Assembly (NCBI GenBank): GCA_963725865.1
Contig: CAVSAC010000012.1
Coordinates: 1,383,421-1,447,420, forward strand
DNA length: 64,000 nt
From: Candidatus Eiseniibacteriota bacterium
Lineage (GTDB): Bacteria; Eisenbacteria; RBG-16-71-46
Reading direction: 5' to 3'
Made by a program: the position numbers and the translations under genes. The notes below the pieces were generated by a model, which did no database searches, was not told the DNA's origin, and saw only the letters and a program-made list of their open reading frames with translations. This document shows, piece after piece, positions 60,192 to 64,000 of the stretch (position 1 is its first letter; every line of letters begins with the position of its first letter).

Positions 60192-61141
60192 GCGCGCCTC
60201 CGGCGCACGACGCGCGCGCCGCGCCCGTCGGTGGCGGCCACGTGCACGTCGCACGCGAGCCCCGCGCGCGCGAACGCCGCCCGCATGGCGCGCGCGATGG
60301 CGGGTGCAGCGCCGGCCGACGGCGCCAGCGCGAACACCGAGGGGCCGGAGCCGGCGATCGAGCAGCCGGCCGCGCCGGCCCGCCGGGCGGCGCGCTGCAC
60401 CGCGGTGAAGCCAGGGATGAGTGGGGCACGCACCGGTTCCACGATCACGTCCTCCATGCAGGCGCCGGCCAGCGCGGGGTCGCCGCTCACGAGCCCCGCG
60501 ACCAGTCCCCCGACGTTCGCCCATTGCCGTACCGCGCGTTCGAGCGGGACCGCGCGCGGCAGCACGCGCCGCGCGCGTGCCGTGCGCACTATGACGTGCG
60601 GATGTGCGATCACCCAGGTGAACTCCGCCCCGGGCGTGAGCTGCAACACGCCGTCGCGGCCCCCGCCGCGCACCAGGCACACGCCGCCGAACAGGGCGGG
60701 CGCGGCGTTGTCCGCGTGCGCGGTGCCTGCGGCGTGGCGCTCCCCCACGAGCGCGAAGGGCAGCAGGTCCGCGCGCGCCAGCGGGCGCGGGAGCAGCGCG
60801 TTGACCGCCACCGCGGCCGCCACGCTGCTGGCCGCCGAGCTGCCGAGGCCGGAGCCGATCGGCAGCCGCTTGTCGAGCATCAAGTCCACTCCGAAGCCGG
60901 GCCGGGCCGCGCGCAGCAGCGCGCGCGCGACCACGCTGGCCACGTTCGATGCTCCGCGCGCCGGCAGCCCGGGCACCGGGGCGCGCAACGCGCACCGCAC
61001 GCCGGTGCGGGGGCTGCGGACCGCCGTCACGAAGTCTCCGAGCCCGGCGAGCGCGACGCCGAGCGTGTCGAAGCCGGGCCCCAGATTCGCGATCGAGGCG
61101 GGCGCGTACGCCTGCGCGCTCAGCAGCGGCCGGGTCGGCAT
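60188..61141 (-). CDS. thrB: Homoserine kinase
   Basis: PASIANLGPGFD, PIGSGLGSSAAS, HADN, IAGSGPS. Confidence 0.95.
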   Translation of the reverse strand: MPTRPLLSAQAYAPASIANLGPGFDTLGVALAGLGDFVTAVRSPRTGVRCALRAPVPGLPARGASNVASVVARALLRAARPGFGVDLMLDKRLPIGSGLGSSAASSVAAAVAVNALLPRPLARADLLPFALVGERHAAGTAHADNAAPALFGGVCLVRGGGRDGVLQLTPGAEFTWVIAHPHVIVRTARARRVLPRAVPLERAVRQWANVGGLVAGLVSGDPALAGACMEDVIVEPVRAPLIPGFTAVQRAARRAGAAGCSIAGSGPSVFALAPSAGAAPAIARAMRAAFARAGLACDVHVAATDGRGARVVRRRRA

Positions 61142-61160
61142 GGGGTGCTCGGATCCGCGA

Positions 61161-63623
61161 TCATCGCGGCAGCGAGTGGAGCAGCTTGAGGAGGTCGGAG
61201 AACACGCCCATCGCGGTCACATCGGCGCCGGCGCCGGGGCCCTGGACGACCAACGGCGTCGCGCCATAGCGGCGGGTGGTGAACGCGATCACGTTGTCGG
61301 TGTGGCGGGTGGCGGCGAACGGGTGGTCGGCCGGGAACTCCCGCAGCCCCGCGCGTGCCGACCCGCGGGCGAGCACCGCGGCGTAGCGCAGCACCGCGCC
61401 GGTGCGGCGCGTCGCCGCGACCCGCCGCGCGAGCGCGGCATCGACGCGCGCGAGGCGCCCGAACAGAGCCGGGCCGAAGCGGCCGCGGCGCAGCGCGGGA
61501 GGCACCAGGTTCTCGACCGCCACGTCGTCGAGCTCCAGCGCGAGCCCCAGCTCCCGCGCGAGGATCAGCAGCTTGCGCGCCACGTCGCCGCCGGAGAGGT
61601 CGTCGCGCGGGTCGGGCTCGGTGAGTCCGAGCGCGTGCGCCTGGCGCACCAGCACGCTGAACGGCGTGGTGCCGTCGAAGGTGTTGAACAGGTAGCTGAG
61701 CGTGCCCGAGAACACACCCTCGATGCGCTCCACGGTGTCGCCGCTGGCGATCAGGTCCTGGAGCGTCGAGATGATGGGCAGCCCCGCCCCCACGTTGGCC
61801 TCGTACAGGAATCGCTTGCGGCGCTCGCGCAGCAGCGCCATCAGCGCCTGGTAGCGGGGCCACGGCAGCACGTTCGCCTGCTTGTTCGGGGTGATGATGT
61901 GCAGGTTCGCGCGCACGAAGTCCGGGTACGCGTCCACCACCGCCGTGCTGGCCGTGCAGTCCACCACCGCGGCGTTCGTCCACTGGAGCGCCGCGATCGC
62001 GCGCGCGAGCTGCGGGGGCGCGAGCCGCTGGCGCGCGCGCGCGAGCGTCGCACGCCAGTGGAGCAGGTCGAGCCCGTCGGGCGCGAGCGCCACGCGCCGG
62101 CGGTCGGCGATCCCGCAGACGCGGACGTCGTAGCCGCGCGCCAGCAGATCGGCGCGCTGGCGCGCGAGCAGGTCGAGCAGCGCCGAGCCGATGGTGCCCT
62201 TGCCGATCACCACCAGGCGCAGCTTGACGGTGGGCTCGAAGAACGCCTCGTGCACCACCCGCAGCGCGCGCACCCGCGCGGTCGACGGCACCACGAACGA
62301 GATGTTGCGCTCCGAGGCGCCCTGCGCGATGGCCGTGACGTTCACGCCGTGGTCGCCGAGCGACTGGAACACCTTGCCCGCCACGCCCGGCGTGCCCTTC
62401 ATGCCCTCGCCGACGATCGCGACGATGGCCTGCCGCAGGGTCTCGTCCAGCACCACGAGGCGGTTCTGGAACTCGAACCGGAATTCGTGGTGGATCGCGC
62501 GCCGCGCGCGCGCGACGCCGTCGGTCGCGATCGCGAAGCAGATCGTGTGCTCGGAGGAGGCCTGCGAGATCAGGATGACGTTGACCTCCTGCCGGGCGAG
62601 TGCCCCGAACAGGCGCTCCGCGGTACCGGGTACGCCGACCATCTCGAGCCCGCGGAGCGTGAGCAGCGCCATGTCGTCGATGCAGGTGACGCCCTTGGCG
62701 ACCGGCTGCCACGCGGTGCTCTCGGCCGCCACGCAGGTCCCGGGCGAGCGGGGCGCGAAGGTGTTGCGGATCCACACCGGGATCCGCCGCGCGACCGCCG
62801 GGGCGAGGGTCGCGGAGTGCAGCACCTTGGCGCCGAAGTACGAGAGCTCCATCGCCTCCTCGTACGTGAGGCTCGGCACCACGAACGCCGCGGGCACCAC
62901 GGCGGGATCGGCGCTCAGGATGCCGTCGACATCGGTCCAGATCTCGATCGCCGCGGCGCCGAGCGCCGCTCCCACGAGGGCGGCGGTGTAGTCGGAGCCG
63001 TTGCGCCCGATCGTGGTGGTGCGGCCGTCCTCGGTGGCGCCGATGAAGCCGGTCACCACCGCGATCGGCGTGCGCGTGCCGCGGTGGGCACGCCCGCCGA
63101 GTCGCCGCCGGAGCGCGGCGGCGGTGGGCGCCTGCAGCACCGAGGCGCGGGTGAACTGATCGTCGGTGATCACCAGCCCGCGCGTGTCGACGGCCTCCGC
63201 CGGATGGCGCGACCGCAGGTGCGCGGCGACGATCGCGGCCGACAGGCGCTCCCCGAAGCTCGCCACCAGGTCGAGCGCGCGCGGCGGCGCGTGCCGCAGC
63301 AGTCGGATGCCCGCAAGCGCATCCCGCAGCTCACCGAGCTGCGCGTCGACCCGGCGCACGACCTCGGCGCGGGCGCGCGGCGCGGCGAGCCGGCGCGCCG
63401 CCGCGCGATGACGACGCGCGAGGGCGTTCAGCAGCGTGTGGGTGAGCGCCTCGCCGCGTTCGGCGGCGCGCGCCGCCGCGAGCAACTGGTCGGTGACCCC
63501 CTGGAAGGCCGACACCACGACCACCACGCGCTGTTCGCGGGCCGCGGCGAGGACGATGTCCGCCGCCCGGCGCACGCGCTCCGGCGTGGCCAGCGACGAG
63601 CCCCCGAACTTGAGCACCTTCAT
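61161..63623 (-). CDS. thrA: Bifunctional aspartokinase/homoserine dehydrogenase I
   Basis: KFGGSS, GRNGSDY, WTDVDG..ADP, two ACT domains, G.G.IG, TPNK, YEANVGAGLP, EPDPRDDLSG, GPGAG..VTA. Confidence 0.96.
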   Translation of the reverse strand: MKVLKFGGSSLATPERVRRAADIVLAAAREQRVVVVVSAFQGVTDQLLAAARAAERGEALTHTLLNALARRHRAAARRLAAPRARAEVVRRVDAQLGELRDALAGIRLLRHAPPRALDLVASFGERLSAAIVAAHLRSRHPAEAVDTRGLVITDDQFTRASVLQAPTAAALRRRLGGRAHRGTRTPIAVVTGFIGATEDGRTTTIGRNGSDYTAALVGAALGAAAIEIWTDVDGILSADPAVVPAAFVVPSLTYEEAMELSYFGAKVLHSATLAPAVARRIPVWIRNTFAPRSPGTCVAAESTAWQPVAKGVTCIDDMALLTLRGLEMVGVPGTAERLFGALARQEVNVILISQASSEHTICFAIATDGVARARRAIHHEFRFEFQNRLVVLDETLRQAIVAIVGEGMKGTPGVAGKVFQSLGDHGVNVTAIAQGASERNISFVVPSTARVRALRVVHEAFFEPTVKLRLVVIGKGTIGSALLDLLARQRADLLARGYDVRVCGIADRRRVALAPDGLDLLHWRATLARARQRLAPPQLARAIAALQWTNAAVVDCTASTAVVDAYPDFVRANLHIITPNKQANVLPWPRYQALMALLRERRKRFLYEANVGAGLPIISTLQDLIASGDTVERIEGVFSGTLSYLFNTFDGTTPFSVLVRQAHALGLTEPDPRDDLSGGDVARKLLILARELGLALELDDVAVENLVPPALRRGRFGPALFGRLARVDAALARRVAATRRTGAVLRYAAVLARGSARAGLREFPADHPFAATRHTDNVIAFTTRRYGATPLVVQGPGAGADVTAMGVFSDLLKLLHSLPR

Positions 63624-63682
63624 GGGCGGTCCCGGGGTGGAAGGCGGCGGGCCCGCGCGGCCCGCGTGACGGTTGCGCGCCG

Positions 63683-63688
63683 ATCATA
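63683..63688 (-). promoter_or_regulatory. Candidate -10 element (TATGAT) for thrABC
   Basis: TATGAT about 60 nt upstream of the thrA ATG in otherwise very GC-rich DNA. Confidence 0.4.
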
Positions 63689-63761
63689 GCGATCCGGCCA
63701 CCATCCGGCCACTCCGCCCGCGGCGGCCGCGCAGCCGACACTGGAGGCGGGCGGGCGCGGC

Positions 63762-63770
63762 TGCTACCGT
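63762..63770 (+). promoter_or_regulatory. Extended -10 element (TG-n-TACCGT) for dut, near-leaderless
   Basis: TGCTACCGT followed by 9 nt and then ATG 63780; no SD sequence. Confidence 0.4.
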
Positions 63771-63779
63771 GCGCGCACC

Positions 63780-64000
63780 ATGACTCCCGCGCCGACTCCA
63801 GTTCCGATCCGGGTCCGCATCCGTAGACTGCCGCACGCCGCGGGGCTGCCGCTGCCCGCCTACGAGTCGGCCGGCGCGGCCGGCCTGGACGTGCGCGCGG
63901 CGGTCCAGGCGCCGGTCGAAGTGGCCCCCGGCGCCATCGTGCGGGTCCCGACCGGACTCGCGATCGAGGTGCCGCCTGGCTACGAGGTACAGATCCGGCC
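63780..64000 (+). CDS. dut: dUTP diphosphatase; runs off the window end
   Basis: Not in the ORF track; translated by hand: LPLPAYESAGAAGLDVRAA...VPTGLAIEVPPGYEVQIR. Confidence 0.92.
   Translation, partial: MTPAPTPVPIRVRIRRLPHAAGLPLPAYESAGAAGLDVRAAVQAPVEVAPGAIVRVPTGLAIEVPPGYEVQIR

Noticed and set aside
63624..63779. thr operon attenuator or leader peptide
   Set aside because: No Thr/Ile-rich mini-ORF or U-tailed terminator was found upstream of thrA.

Overview
This is a very GC-rich bacterial chromosomal window. Four secreted proteins carry FlgD/T9SS-type C-terminal sorting domains, suggesting an FCB-superphylum organism such as Ca. Eisenbacteria (inference). The left part (1-20.2 kb) holds secreted hydrolases and redox genes. 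These include a probable selenoprotein that the ORF track splits in two: an in-frame TGA at 1512-1514 (minus strand) sits in a thioredoxin active-site position and is followed by a SECIS-like hairpin. Also here are S9 and M13 peptidases, iorAB, a GH144-like glucanase and a PLD-family nuclease-like protein. At 20.6-28.2 kb is a giant DUF11-repeat/beta-barrel/OmpA surface protein, broken by frameshifts inside near-identical repeats. The main feature is a ~26 kb locus (28.3-54.6 kb). It has two divergent TlpA-DUF4266-DUF3570-ApbE flavinylation/thiol-redox modules, a MATE-like candidate FAD exporter, c-type cytochrome lipoproteins (one hydrazine-synthase-alpha-like) and several outer-membrane barrels. 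These are coupled to an Agl-Glt-like trans-envelope motor core (TPR proteins, GltF-like, MotA/TolQ, two ExbD, TonB-like/GltG-like) behind two sigma-54-type promoters. The right part holds a PA-domain metalloprotease, thrABC and the start of dut. Several single-base frameshifts, including one in thrC, look like sequencing or assembly errors. No rRNA, tRNA, CRISPR array or mobile element was recognised. All family calls are from motif recognition, not database searches.
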